The translations under genes and the position numbers were made by a program. The notes beneath the pieces were generated by a model, which had not been told where the DNA came from, made no database searches, and saw only the letters and a list, made by a program, of their open reading frames with translations. From NCBI GenBank assembly GCA_963775425.1, contig CAVZJB010000016.1, positions 1,248,001-1,312,000 on the forward strand: a DNA stretch of 64,000 bases. Reading direction: 5' to 3'. Source of the DNA: an uncultured delta proteobacterium (GTDB lineage Bacteria > Myxococcota > UBA727 > VGSZ01). Below are positions 38,355 through 48,793 of this stretch, piece after piece. Every line of letters begins with the position of its first letter. The first letter of the stretch is position 1.

Positions 38355-38873
38355 TCAGAACACCGGCGCGTCGGTGCCGAGCTCCACGTGGCGCTCGAGC
38401 ACGCTGGCGCAGTCGAGCGGCGCGCCCTCGCGCTCGTCGTCGTTCGGCGTGACCGTCGCGTGCAGCAGCGGCAGGGCTCCGTCGCGCAGCGCGTCGAACG
38501 CGGCGGCGTCGAGCGCCTCGCCGCTGTCGCGGGCGCCGCAGTCGACGTCGGCGTCGGCGGGGACGACGAAGAAGTCGACGTCGATGGTCGACGCGCAGAT
38601 GGCGCCGTTCGGGGGCTCGCCGGCGTGGCCGTCGAAGATGGCGCCGCCTGCGGAGCACATCACGCCGAGGCGCTCGGGCTGCACGAGCTGCCGCGCGCCG
38701 TCCTTGTCGTGCGACGTGTAGCGCGCGAGGACCTGCCACGGCGCTTGGAGCGCCCGATCCTCGACGAAGCTCTGCGGCGCGCTGACCACCGTCTCGAGCT
38801 GCCAGGCGCCCCTTTCGCACGCAGCGAGGGCGAAGAGCGAAAAGAGCATCGTGAAGATCGGCGCGCGCGGCAT
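38355..38873 (-). CDS. Hypothetical lipoprotein
   Basis: GGAGG SD; lipobox LAAC. Confidence 0.65.
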   Translation of the reverse strand: MPRAPIFTMLFSLFALAACERGAWQLETVVSAPQSFVEDRALQAPWQVLARYTSHDKDGARQLVQPERLGVMCSAGGAIFDGHAGEPPNGAICASTIDVDFFVVPADADVDCGARDSGEALDAAAFDALRDGALPLLHATVTPNDDEREGAPLDCASVLERHVELGTDAPVF

Positions 38874-39491
38874 GTGTCCTCCGCGCCGTCCCACAGCAAG
38901 TCGGATGCCGCCGCGTCGCGCGGCAGGAGCCGGCAATCCGCAGTCGCCGCGCTTGTTCCTCGGCTTCAGCCACGAGCGCCGGAAAACCGTCGCCGGACGA
39001 CGCCCCATGACGCCGGTGTCGCGCGCCCGCCCCCGTGACGCGGTGCCTGCGCCTCGCGCTCCTCGGGCTCGCCGGACTCGCCGCGGCGTGCGCCGCCGCG
39101 CGCCCGCCGTTGGGAGGCGCGCCCGGCGTCGCCCGCGTTCCGAGCCAAGGGCAGCCCGCCGATCATGAGCCGCGCGCAGATCCTCGCGCAGCCCGGTCCG
39201 ATCGATCACCAGGCGCGCGCGCGGATGGCCCCGGTGGGGCGTCTTGGGCGTGAGAGATCCGGATCACCGCCGTCGGTCGAACGGCGGATGCCGCGTTCCC
39301 GCGCCGTTTGTCAGCGTCGGCCTGCTTTCGCTGACGAAGACGGCGCAAGCGGTTGGATAGAAAAAGCATTCGGAGCAGCCTGACCTTTCCGATGCTGAAT
39401 TGAGATGTAAGACCCACCAGTACATTGTCCTAGGTCGGCGCCAGATGTGCGGCTTGACGGGTCTCTGTCGGCTTTCTACCGGCAACATCCT

Positions 39492-41054
<1,563 letters not shown>

Positions 41055-41114
41055 CCGGCGCGGGGAAAGCCCCCGCCCTGCCGACCGTCGCGACTTGGGC
41101 TAAGGTGCCGCGCC

Positions 41115-41540
41115 GTGGGTGGGATCGTCGCGCTCCTCGTCATCGGCTTCATCGTCTTCACCGTCGTGAAGAGCGCGGGCGGGGCTACGAGCTTCGATCG
41201 CCTGCGCAAGAGCGGCACCCCGGCGCGCGGCATCCTGCTGCGCGTCGCGCCGCAGGGCACGCGCACCGCGCGCGTCCCCGTGAGCATCGAGAACCGCCGC
41301 GTGCGCGTCGACGTCGAGATCCCCGGCCAGGCGCCCTACGAGGTCGACGCCGTCGCCAGCTTCCCCGCCAACCTCCGCGGCGACGTGCTCCCCGGCGCCA
41401 CCGTCGAGCTCCGCGTCGATCCCAAGAACCGAAACGCGCTCGCCATCGTCGGCCCCGGCGCCACCTTCGCGGCCGCCCTGCTCCTCGGACCGCAGACGGC
41501 CTCCACCGAGACTCCCGCCGACAGGAGGGGCGCTTCATGA
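41115..41540 (+). CDS. Single-TM protein with a beta-barrel (OB-like) soluble domain
   Basis: N-terminal TM; RVDVEIPGQAPYEV...LPGATVELRVDPKN. Confidence 0.7.
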   Translation: MGGIVALLVIGFIVFTVVKSAGGATSFDRLRKSGTPARGILLRVAPQGTRTARVPVSIENRRVRVDVEIPGQAPYEVDAVASFPANLRGDVLPGATVELRVDPKNRNALAIVGPGATFAAALLLGPQTASTETPADRRGAS

Positions 41541-42010
41541 GCGGACAGCAAGTGCGATGTGAAAACTGCGGCGCCACCATGACGCCCAACAGCGACGGGC
41601 GCGTGCACGTCTGCGCCTACTGCGGCGCCGAGGTGCAGGTGGCCATCGACGGCGCGCAGATCGCCGCGGGCCTCGCGCTCGACCTCGGCGACGTCGACGC
41701 GTTCCTGGAGAGGCTCGCGGGTGCCATGACCACCGCGCTCGGCGAGCGCGCGCGCATCAAGCGCCACGGAGCGGAGATCGTCGTCGTCGAGCTCAACCTC
41801 GATCCGCACATGTTCGTGGCCAAGCGCGAGCAGAGCGGGGACGTCCGCGCGCAGTACAAGAAGCTCGTCCGCGGCGTCGCGCTCAAGACCAGGACCCACC
41901 CGCTCGACGAGTGGGTGGAGCTGTTGATGGAAGCGCTCGCCGCCCACGCCAACGAGAACGCGCGCGTGGCGCAGGCGCTGGCAGGGTTCTCCGGGGAGCG
42001 TGAATCGTGA
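41537..42010 (+). CDS. Zinc-ribbon plus conserved unknown domain protein
   Basis: CENCGA...CAYCG; VRGVALKT...LDEWVELL.EAL; AGGAGG SD; ATGA/GTGA overlaps. Confidence 0.75.
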   Translation: MSGQQVRCENCGATMTPNSDGRVHVCAYCGAEVQVAIDGAQIAAGLALDLGDVDAFLERLAGAMTTALGERARIKRHGAEIVVVELNLDPHMFVAKREQSGDVRAQYKKLVRGVALKTRTHPLDEWVELLMEALAAHANENARVAQALAGFSGERES

Positions 42011-42831
42011 CGACGACGTCGGGGCCGCCCAAGGCCCACCAACACAAGAAGCTCGACGACCTCCCCCAGCACGCGCGCGAGCGCCTCGAGGGGATGAAGA
42101 AGCACCACTTCTTCACGAGCGACCTCTCCGTCAACGAGTTCCTCCTCGTGAAGGAGGCGGGCTTTCAGCCGCTCGGCCTCGTCATGGGCTCGAGCATCTA
42201 CCACATCGGTGTGCAGCAGATTCGCGCGGGCATCGCCGAGGAGCTCACCATGCTCACGCAGGCGATGTACAGCGCGCGCGAGCTCGCCATGGTGCGCATG
42301 GAGGAGGAGGCCGACGCGCTCGGCGCCGACGGCGTCGTCGCCGTTCGCCTCGACCTCAACGTCCACGCCTGGGGCGCCAACGTCGTCGAGTTCCTCGCCA
42401 TCGGCACCGCCGTGAAGAGCCTCGACAGCAGCCAGACCTACCGAAACAGCGAGGGCCGCCCCTTCACCAGCGACCTCTCGGGCCAGGACTTCTGGACGCT
42501 GTTGAACGCCGGCTACCGCCCCGTCGGCTTCGTCATGGGCAACTGCGTCTACTACGTCGGTCAGGCGCCCGGCGGGCAGCCCACCGAGAACAAGGAGCTC
42601 GACGGCATCACGCAGTCCCTCTACGACGCGCGCGAGCTCGCCATGGAGCGCATGCAGGTGGAGGCGGAGGCGATGGAGGCCGCCGGCATCGTCGGCGTCG
42701 TCATCGACGAGAACAACCACACGTGGGGCCCGAGCATCCTCGAGTTCGCCGCGGTCGGCACCGCCGTCGTCCCCATCCGCGAGGACCACCACATCGAGCG
42801 CCCGTCGCTCGTGCTCAGCGTGGGCGACTGA
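42007..42831 (+). CDS. Tandem double YbjQ/UPF0145 domain protein, paralogue 1
   Basis: FTSDLSVNEF...GLVMGSSIY...ARELAM.RMEEEA..LGADGVV.VR...AIGTAV, repeated twice. Confidence 0.88.
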   Translation: MTTTSGPPKAHQHKKLDDLPQHARERLEGMKKHHFFTSDLSVNEFLLVKEAGFQPLGLVMGSSIYHIGVQQIRAGIAEELTMLTQAMYSARELAMVRMEEEADALGADGVVAVRLDLNVHAWGANVVEFLAIGTAVKSLDSSQTYRNSEGRPFTSDLSGQDFWTLLNAGYRPVGFVMGNCVYYVGQAPGGQPTENKELDGITQSLYDARELAMERMQVEAEAMEAAGIVGVVIDENNHTWGPSILEFAAVGTAVVPIREDHHIERPSLVLSVGD

Positions 42832-42833
42832 GC

Positions 42834-43811
42834 GTGGCCATCGATCTGAAGGCGAGCATCGCGCGTGTGGAGAAGGGCGGCATCCCGCTGCGCGCGGCCG
42901 AGCGCCTGCGCGAGGAGACCGACGGCCGCCTGTTCACGAGCGATCTCTCCGTGCCCGAGTTCCTGCTCACGCGGAAGGCCGAGTGCGATCCCATCTCGCA
43001 GGTGATGGGCTCGAGCATCTATCACGTCGGCCAGATCCCCGATTACAAGGGCAAGACCAGCGAGATCACCGTCATCAGCGACGCGCACCGCGCCTCGCGC
43101 CGCCTCGCGCTCGATCGCCTCAAGGAGGAAGCGGCGCTCGTCGGCGCCGACGCCGTCGTCGGCGTTCACCTGCGGGATCGCATGATCACGATGGGCGCCC
43201 GGGGCAAGGGCGGCGACGACGGCGGCGAGGTCCTCGAGTTCACCGTCGTCGGCACCGCGGTGCGCGCGCCGTGGATCACGCACGACAAGGGCGACCCCAT
43301 CATCACCGATCTCTCCGGCCAGGACCTGTGGGCGCTGTCCGCGGACGGCTTCGAGCCGTGCGGCTTCCTCTTCGAGTTTTGCCGCTACCACGTGTGGCAC
43401 GTGACCAAGGGCGTGTCCGCGGGGGCACAGGAGCTGCGCGCCGCGAGCGACGCCGTGGAGCGCGCGCGCTCCATCGCCGCGAGCAAGCTGTTGAAGCAGG
43501 CGGCGCATCACGAGGCCGAGTTCGTCATCGGCAGCGACGTCAGCGTCGAGGTGCGCGAGGTGCCGTGCGGGTTCGGCGGGTGCCCGCTCGACGACCTCGA
43601 CGTCGACGTGAGCTGGTTCGGCACCGGCATCCGCCGCATCCCCGGCACGCGCAAGAGCGTCCACTCGGTGCCGCCCCTGCTGCTGTCCATGATGCCGCTC
43701 GGCAGGAAGAACGCCGCCGTCGTCGACGCCGAGGACGACGAGGACGACGTCAAGATCGCCGCCGAGGAGGCGGAGGAGGCCGCGCTCGAGGCGGATGAGG
43801 GCTCCGAATGA
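42834..43811 (+). CDS. Tandem double YbjQ domain protein, paralogue 2 (acidic tail)
   Basis: FTSDLSVPEF...GADAVVGV...VVGTAV; TDLSGQDLW...WFGTGI; GTG start 2 nt after the previous stop. Confidence 0.85.
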   Translation: MAIDLKASIARVEKGGIPLRAAERLREETDGRLFTSDLSVPEFLLTRKAECDPISQVMGSSIYHVGQIPDYKGKTSEITVISDAHRASRRLALDRLKEEAALVGADAVVGVHLRDRMITMGARGKGGDDGGEVLEFTVVGTAVRAPWITHDKGDPIITDLSGQDLWALSADGFEPCGFLFEFCRYHVWHVTKGVSAGAQELRAASDAVERARSIAASKLLKQAAHHEAEFVIGSDVSVEVREVPCGFGGCPLDDLDVDVSWFGTGIRRIPGTRKSVHSVPPLLLSMMPLGRKNAAVVDAEDDEDDVKIAAEEAEEAALEADEGSE

Positions 43812-44938
43812 GTGACGAGCGGTCCCAGACGCCCGCCGATCGAGCGCGGCAGCCCGCCGATCTGCCGGTCCACGCGCGCGAGCGCCTGGCCGACATGCGG
43901 GCGCGCCACCTGTTCACGAGCGACCTGTCCGTGAGCGAGTTCGTCCTCGTGCGCGAGGCGGGCTTCGAGCCGCTCGGGCTCGTCATGGGCACGTCCATCT
44001 ATCAAGTGGCGCCCAAGATCCCGAAGCTGTCGCGCGACGAGCCCGGACGCGAGCTCACCGACACCACCAAGGCGCTCTATCACGCGCGCGAGCTCGCGAT
44101 GAACCGCATGGAGGAGGAAGCCGACGCCCTCGGGGCCGACGGCATCGTCGGCGTGCGCCTCACGGTGAACCTCTCGCTCGACCCGCGCCGCCAGGCCTGG
44201 CAGCGATACCGGGCTTGGCAGCGCTGGGCCAAGAAGCTCGGCTACCGGCGGCCGCCCAACGTGCAGATGACGGGGTACTTCTCCGGCTGGGAGAAGGTCG
44301 CCACCGCGCAGTGGAAGACGTACTGCCAGCAGATGGGATGGGCGCAGGTGACGCTCGCGCCGTGGCAGCAGCCCGGCGGACAGGCGAGCGTGCAGCTCGG
44401 CGCCAACACCGCGGAGTTCATCGCCATCGGCACCGCCGTCCGGCACAGGAGCGGCTACGCCGGCTACAAGAACAAGCGCGGCAAACCCTTTCAGTCGGAC
44501 CTGTCGGGGCAGGACTTCTGGCTGCTCATCCGCTCGGGCTACCGCCCCGTCGGCTTCGTGATGGGCAACTGCGTCTACTACATCCCTCCGCGCATGCTGC
44601 AGGCGTCGGCGACGAGGAGCACCGAGCTGTCGGCGTACACGCACGCGCTGTACGACGCGCGCGAGCTGGCCATCGAGCGGCTGCAGGAGGAGGCGGAGGC
44701 CATCGGCGCCACCGGCATCGTCGGCGTCACCGTCGCCGAGCGCCAGCACTCCTGGCGCACGAACCCGTGGAACATGGGCAACGCGGCGCTCCAAAGCGGC
44801 GAGGTGCTCGAGCTGTTCGTCATCGGCACCGCCGTGGTGCCCGCCAGCGCGCGCGACGGCGACGGCGACGTGGGCGCGCCGGCGCTCGTCTTCTCCGCGC
44901 GCGACGCCGTCCGCGTCGCAGGCGAAGGGGGCGAGTGA
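43808..44938 (+). CDS. Tandem double YbjQ domain protein, paralogue 3 (Trp/Gln-rich insertion)
   Basis: FTSDLSVSEF and FQSDLSGQDFW; ~70-aa insert in domain 1. Confidence 0.88.
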   Translation: MSDERSQTPADRARQPADLPVHARERLADMRARHLFTSDLSVSEFVLVREAGFEPLGLVMGTSIYQVAPKIPKLSRDEPGRELTDTTKALYHARELAMNRMEEEADALGADGIVGVRLTVNLSLDPRRQAWQRYRAWQRWAKKLGYRRPPNVQMTGYFSGWEKVATAQWKTYCQQMGWAQVTLAPWQQPGGQASVQLGANTAEFIAIGTAVRHRSGYAGYKNKRGKPFQSDLSGQDFWLLIRSGYRPVGFVMGNCVYYIPPRMLQASATRSTELSAYTHALYDARELAIERLQEEAEAIGATGIVGVTVAERQHSWRTNPWNMGNAALQSGEVLELFVIGTAVVPASARDGDGDVGAPALVFSARDAVRVAGEGGE

Positions 44939-45750
44939 TGGCCAAGGCGGCGCAGGCGGCGCTCTCGGAGCTGTCGGTCACCGAGTTCCTCACGCTCTCG
45001 CGCATCGGCTTTCTGCCGAAGGGCCTGGTGGTGGGCTCGTGCGTGTTCTCCGCGGGCACGCAGTACGACTGGGACGTGAGCACCGGCGAGGTGACGGCGC
45101 TGTCGGCCTCCATGCGCGACGCGCGCAGGCTCGCCATCCGCCGCATGCGCAAACAGGCCGCGGAGCTCCACGCCGACGGCGTCGTCGACGTGCGCCTGGA
45201 GGTCGAGCACCACCTGTGGCGCGGCGCGCGGCAGGTGGCCAAGTGCCTGGCCGTCGGCACCGCGGTGTCCGCCGATCCGCACGCGCCGGAGAGCCTGACG
45301 CACGCCCCGAGCCTGCGGCTGCAAAACGGCCAACCCTTCGACAGCGACCTGAGCGCCGCCGACTTCGTCACGCTGCTCGCCGCCGGGTATCGCCCCGTCA
45401 CCGTCGCCATGGGCAACTGCGTCTACGGCCTCGATCCGCGCGAGCTGCGCAAGCACCGCGGCAACGACGCCGAGATCGAGGTGTACACGCAGGCGTTCTT
45501 CGACGCGCGAGAGAGCGCCATGGAGCGGCTCCAGAACGATCTGTTCTCGGAGTGGCCGCCGGGGAAGAAGGACACGCCCGTCGGCATCGTGGGCATGACG
45601 GTGTCGGAGTCCACCTACGGCGGGCAGTCGTCATCGGGGCCGCCCATCGTGGAGTTCACCGCGCTCGGCACCGCCATCGCCGCGCTCGAGGAGGACGATC
45701 CGCGGCGCGGCATGCCCAAGCCCAAGGTCGTCGTCGCGCTCGATCGCTGA
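44938..45750 (+). CDS. Tandem double YbjQ domain protein, paralogue 4
   Basis: LSELSVTEF...ADGVVDVR...AVGTAV; FDSDLSAADF...ALGTAI; TGATG coupling. Confidence 0.85.
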   Translation: MAKAAQAALSELSVTEFLTLSRIGFLPKGLVVGSCVFSAGTQYDWDVSTGEVTALSASMRDARRLAIRRMRKQAAELHADGVVDVRLEVEHHLWRGARQVAKCLAVGTAVSADPHAPESLTHAPSLRLQNGQPFDSDLSAADFVTLLAAGYRPVTVAMGNCVYGLDPRELRKHRGNDAEIEVYTQAFFDARESAMERLQNDLFSEWPPGKKDTPVGIVGMTVSESTYGGQSSSGPPIVEFTALGTAIAALEEDDPRRGMPKPKVVVALDR

Positions 45751-45751
45751 A

Positions 45752-46306
45752 CTATGCGGCGGCGTTCGCGCCGGCGGCCGCCTTCACGGCCTCCACCTCG
45801 ATGACGACGTTGACCCTGTCGCCGACGAGCACGCCGCCGGCCTCGAGCGCGACGTTCCAGTTGAGGCCGAAGTCCTTGCGGTCGACCGCCGCGGCGGCGG
45901 AGAAGCCTGCGCGCTCGCCGCCCCACGGATCCTTGGCGCGGCCGGCGTACTCGACGTCGAGCGCCACGGGCCTGGTGGTGCCGCGAACCGTGAGCTCGCC
46001 CTCCACGCGGAAGCGGTCCTGGCCGGGCTTTTCGACCTTCTTGGACTTGAAGGTGATGGTCGGGTGCTTGTCGACGTCGAGGAACTCGGCGCTCTTCAAG
46101 TGCGCGTCGCGCTTTTCGTCGCCGGTGTCGATGCTCGCGGCGTCGATCTCCACCTCCACCCGCGACTTCTCCGGGGCGTCCTCGTCGACGAACAGCGTGC
46201 CGCGCCAGCTCGTGAAGCCGCCGCGCACCTTGGTGACCATCAGGTGCCGGACCCAGAAACCCACGGTCGAATGTTGCAGATCAAAATCCCACGTCTCGCT
46301 CGCCAT
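45752..46306 (-). CDS. yceI: YceI-family polyisoprenoid-binding protein
   Basis: HSTVGFWVRHLMVTKVRG, SIDTGDEKRDAHLKS, DPWGGERAGF and DRKDFGLNWN; GGAGG SD. Confidence 0.92.
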   Translation of the reverse strand: MASETWDFDLQHSTVGFWVRHLMVTKVRGGFTSWRGTLFVDEDAPEKSRVEVEIDAASIDTGDEKRDAHLKSAEFLDVDKHPTITFKSKKVEKPGQDRFRVEGELTVRGTTRPVALDVEYAGRAKDPWGGERAGFSAAAAVDRKDFGLNWNVALEAGGVLVGDRVNVVIEVEAVKAAAGANAAA

Positions 46307-46420
46307 GCATTGCCTCCTGTTCCACCATCGGATGCGCGAAACCGGACCAGGTTCCGGATCTGCGTCCCCGCCTGCGGCGATCCACGCGGCCGCGGGGCCG
46401 GCTCGTGGTACATGGGCCCC

Positions 46421-47245
46421 ATGCGCGCCCCCGCCGCCGCGTTCCTCCTCACCCTCGTCGCGGGCTGCGACCCGCCGGGGACCACCGATCAGCTCACCGT
46501 CGTCGTCGCCGCCGACCGCGCCCGCGCCCAGGAAGATCAGGCGCGGCTCGCCGAGATGCAGCACGCGCTCGACGGCGCCAAGCGCGAGCTCGACGACACC
46601 CGCAGCGATCTCGCCGCCCTCCGCGAGCGCCTCCTCGCCGCCGGCGCCATCACCGCGGACGAGGCGAAGAAGCTCGAGCGGCGCGAGCAGGCGCTCACCG
46701 CGCGCGAGCGCGCCCTGCCCGCGGCCGCGGCGGCGCCGGCGGCGGGGCTCACCCGCGCCGACGTCGAGGCGCTGTTGAAGGCGCAGGAGGAGCGCCTCCG
46801 CGCGGACCTGGCTGCCCCCGCGGGCCCCGCCGCGCCCGCCGCGCCCGCCGCGCCCGCCGCCGACGCCGGGGACGAGGACGTCTCCGCCGCCCTGGCCGCC
46901 GCCGCGCGCCTGCGAAGCCAGCGCGGCCTGCAGGAGGACGACGTGCCGCGCGGGCTCGCGCTGGAGCGGCAGGTGCGCAAGGCGCTCGAGGGCAAGCGGC
47001 ACGGCGAAGCGCTCACCGCCGCCAACGCCCTCGTCAAAGCGACGGCGGACGTGAAGGTCGACACCGCGTTCGTGAAGAAGAAGTACCAGCGCGCCAACGA
47101 CCTGTTGCTGTCGTCGTCGTCGACGCTGTCCGCGGACGCGAAGAAGAAGGTCCAGGAGCTGATGGGCAAGGCCGTCCGCGCCATCAGCGACGGCGACGCG
47201 CCGCGCGCCAACGAAGCGCTGAACGCGGCGTTGGACCTGCGCTAG
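46421..47245 (+). CDS. Coiled-coil lipoprotein
   Basis: Lipobox VAGC followed by a long helical heptad region. Confidence 0.65.
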   Translation: MRAPAAAFLLTLVAGCDPPGTTDQLTVVVAADRARAQEDQARLAEMQHALDGAKRELDDTRSDLAALRERLLAAGAITADEAKKLERREQALTARERALPAAAAAPAAGLTRADVEALLKAQEERLRADLAAPAGPAAPAAPAAPAADAGDEDVSAALAAAARLRSQRGLQEDDVPRGLALERQVRKALEGKRHGEALTAANALVKATADVKVDTAFVKKKYQRANDLLLSSSSTLSADAKKKVQELMGKAVRAISDGDAPRANEALNAALDLR

Positions 47246-47252
47246 CCGGGCC

Positions 47253-47804
47253 TCAGGCCGAGCGCTTCAGCTCGGTGCGGCCCTTGTCCGCGATCATCTC
47301 GTCGAGGGCGGCGGTCAGGGCGCCGAGCACGCGGCGGGTGCCGTCGAGGTCGCCGCTCGCGAGGCGGGTGAGCGCCTTGCCGACGGCGTGCTCGGGGGTG
47401 CCCTCGATCAGGAGGTCGAGGTCCGTGCCGGCCTTGCTGAGCTGGAAGAGGGCCCGGCGGCCGTCGCTCGGATCGGGGCGGCGCTCGATCAGCTCACGCC
47501 GCTCGAGCCGGCGCAGGATGCCGGTCAGGGTGCTCGGGTGGATCTGGAGGATGCGCGCGATCTCGCCGGCCGAGGCCCGCGGGAACTGCCCGACGATCCG
47601 GACAACCAATCGTTGGGGCCCCGTGATCCCGAAGCGCTGCTCCATCCGTTTCGACGTCGACTGCAGGGAGTGGTCGACGGCCCAGAGCAGGCGCATGAAG
47701 TCGAGCGTGCCGGTCAGCGACAGGTCACGGCGCCGTTCGTCGGTCACGAGGACCTCGATGGGACGGGAAGGAGCGGCCTCGGTTTCGTTTTGGGGTGCGT
47801 CCAA
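47253..47804 (-). CDS. MarR-family transcriptional regulator
   Basis: GITGPQRLVV...IHPSTLTGILRRLE...IER..DPSDGR...LSKAG. Confidence 0.9.
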   Translation of the reverse strand: MDAPQNETEAAPSRPIEVLVTDERRRDLSLTGTLDFMRLLWAVDHSLQSTSKRMEQRFGITGPQRLVVRIVGQFPRASAGEIARILQIHPSTLTGILRRLERRELIERRPDPSDGRRALFQLSKAGTDLDLLIEGTPEHAVGKALTRLASGDLDGTRRVLGALTAALDEMIADKGRTELKRSA

Positions 47805-47980
47805 TTTGGCTCTCCTGAGATCTGGCGGTGGGGATCATAATTGCCGAACCAAGAGCCAACGAACCAGGGGTGAGACGCATGATCTGGGGATGATCTGGGA
47901 TAGATGTGTCTGAAGATCTGCACGCGCCGCGTCCGGACGCCATTTGGGCGATCCGGTGGCGACGGCCGGCGCCCGCCGAA

Positions 47981-48050
47981 GTGAGACAGCCACCGCGGCC
48001 GATGTGAGACAGCCACCGGCAGCCGGCCGCAAGCGAGGCGAGACAGCCGC
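47981..48050. repeat. Direct repeats GTGAGACAGCCACCG upstream of marR
   Basis: Exact copies at 47981 and 48004 (23-bp period); degenerate GCGAGACAGCCGC at 48038. Confidence 0.75.
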
Positions 48051-48707
48051 TCAGAGGTCGAGCACCGGCCAGCGGTGGGTCCGGGCGAGGGCGCGCAGCC
48101 GGAAGTCCGGGTTCACCGCGGCCGGCCGCCCGACCACCGAGAGCATGGGGACGTCGCTCATCGAGTCGCTGTAGGCGGCGCAGTCGTCGAGGTCGAAGCC
48201 GTGGCTCTTCGCGTGGTCCTTGATGATCCGCGCCTTCTCCGGGCCGGCGACGATGGGCGGCAGCAGCTTGCCCGTGGCGAGGCCGTCGCGGATCTGGAGG
48301 CGGTTGCCGATGACGTCGTCGGCGTCGAGCACCTTGGCCAGGCGGTTCAGCAGGAAGTCCGGTGAGCCCGACAGGAGCACCACGCGGTGCCCGGCCGCGC
48401 GGCTGCGCTTCACCAGATCGAAGGCGCCCTTGTAGAGCGCGGGGCGCATGACCGAGTCGAACGCCTCGTCGGCGAGGTCCAGCAGGCGGTCCTCGGAGAT
48501 GCCTGCGTAGCCGCGAAAGAGCCACTCGTTGAACGTGCCGCGATCCACCTGCTCGGCCGCGAACAGGGCGGGCACGCTCGCGAACGTCTTCAAGACCCTT
48601 CCTGCCCCGAACAGCGGGTTCTGCTGGTTCATCACGTAGAAGCGAAGCGTGTCGAAGAGGTTGGTCTTGACCAGGGTCCCGTCGACGTCGAAGTAGCTCG
48701 CGGCCAT
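48051..48707 (-). CDS. HAD-IB (SerB-like) hydrolase
   Basis: FDVDGTL, LSGS, K, YSDSMSD.PML..VG...AVNPD. Confidence 0.9.
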   Translation of the reverse strand: MAASYFDVDGTLVKTNLFDTLRFYVMNQQNPLFGAGRVLKTFASVPALFAAEQVDRGTFNEWLFRGYAGISEDRLLDLADEAFDSVMRPALYKGAFDLVKRSRAAGHRVVLLSGSPDFLLNRLAKVLDADDVIGNRLQIRDGLATGKLLPPIVAGPEKARIIKDHAKSHGFDLDDCAAYSDSMSDVPMLSVVGRPAAVNPDFRLRALARTHRWPVLDL

Positions 48708-48793
48708 CGCCCTCCGATACCGCACCGCGCGGGGCGCGCAAGGCATCCCCGCGCGCCCCGTTGACCCCCCCGCGCGGCGTGGCACCAAGGGGG

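Noticed and set aside
42000-42833. N-terminal extension of the 603-aa ORF (and likewise of 44215..45750 and 55903..58506)
   Set aside because: These extensions overlap real upstream genes in another frame; true starts are at the coupled GTG/ATG codons.
47981-48050. Mini-CRISPR
   Set aside because: Repeats of 15 bp with an 8-bp spacer are too short and too few.
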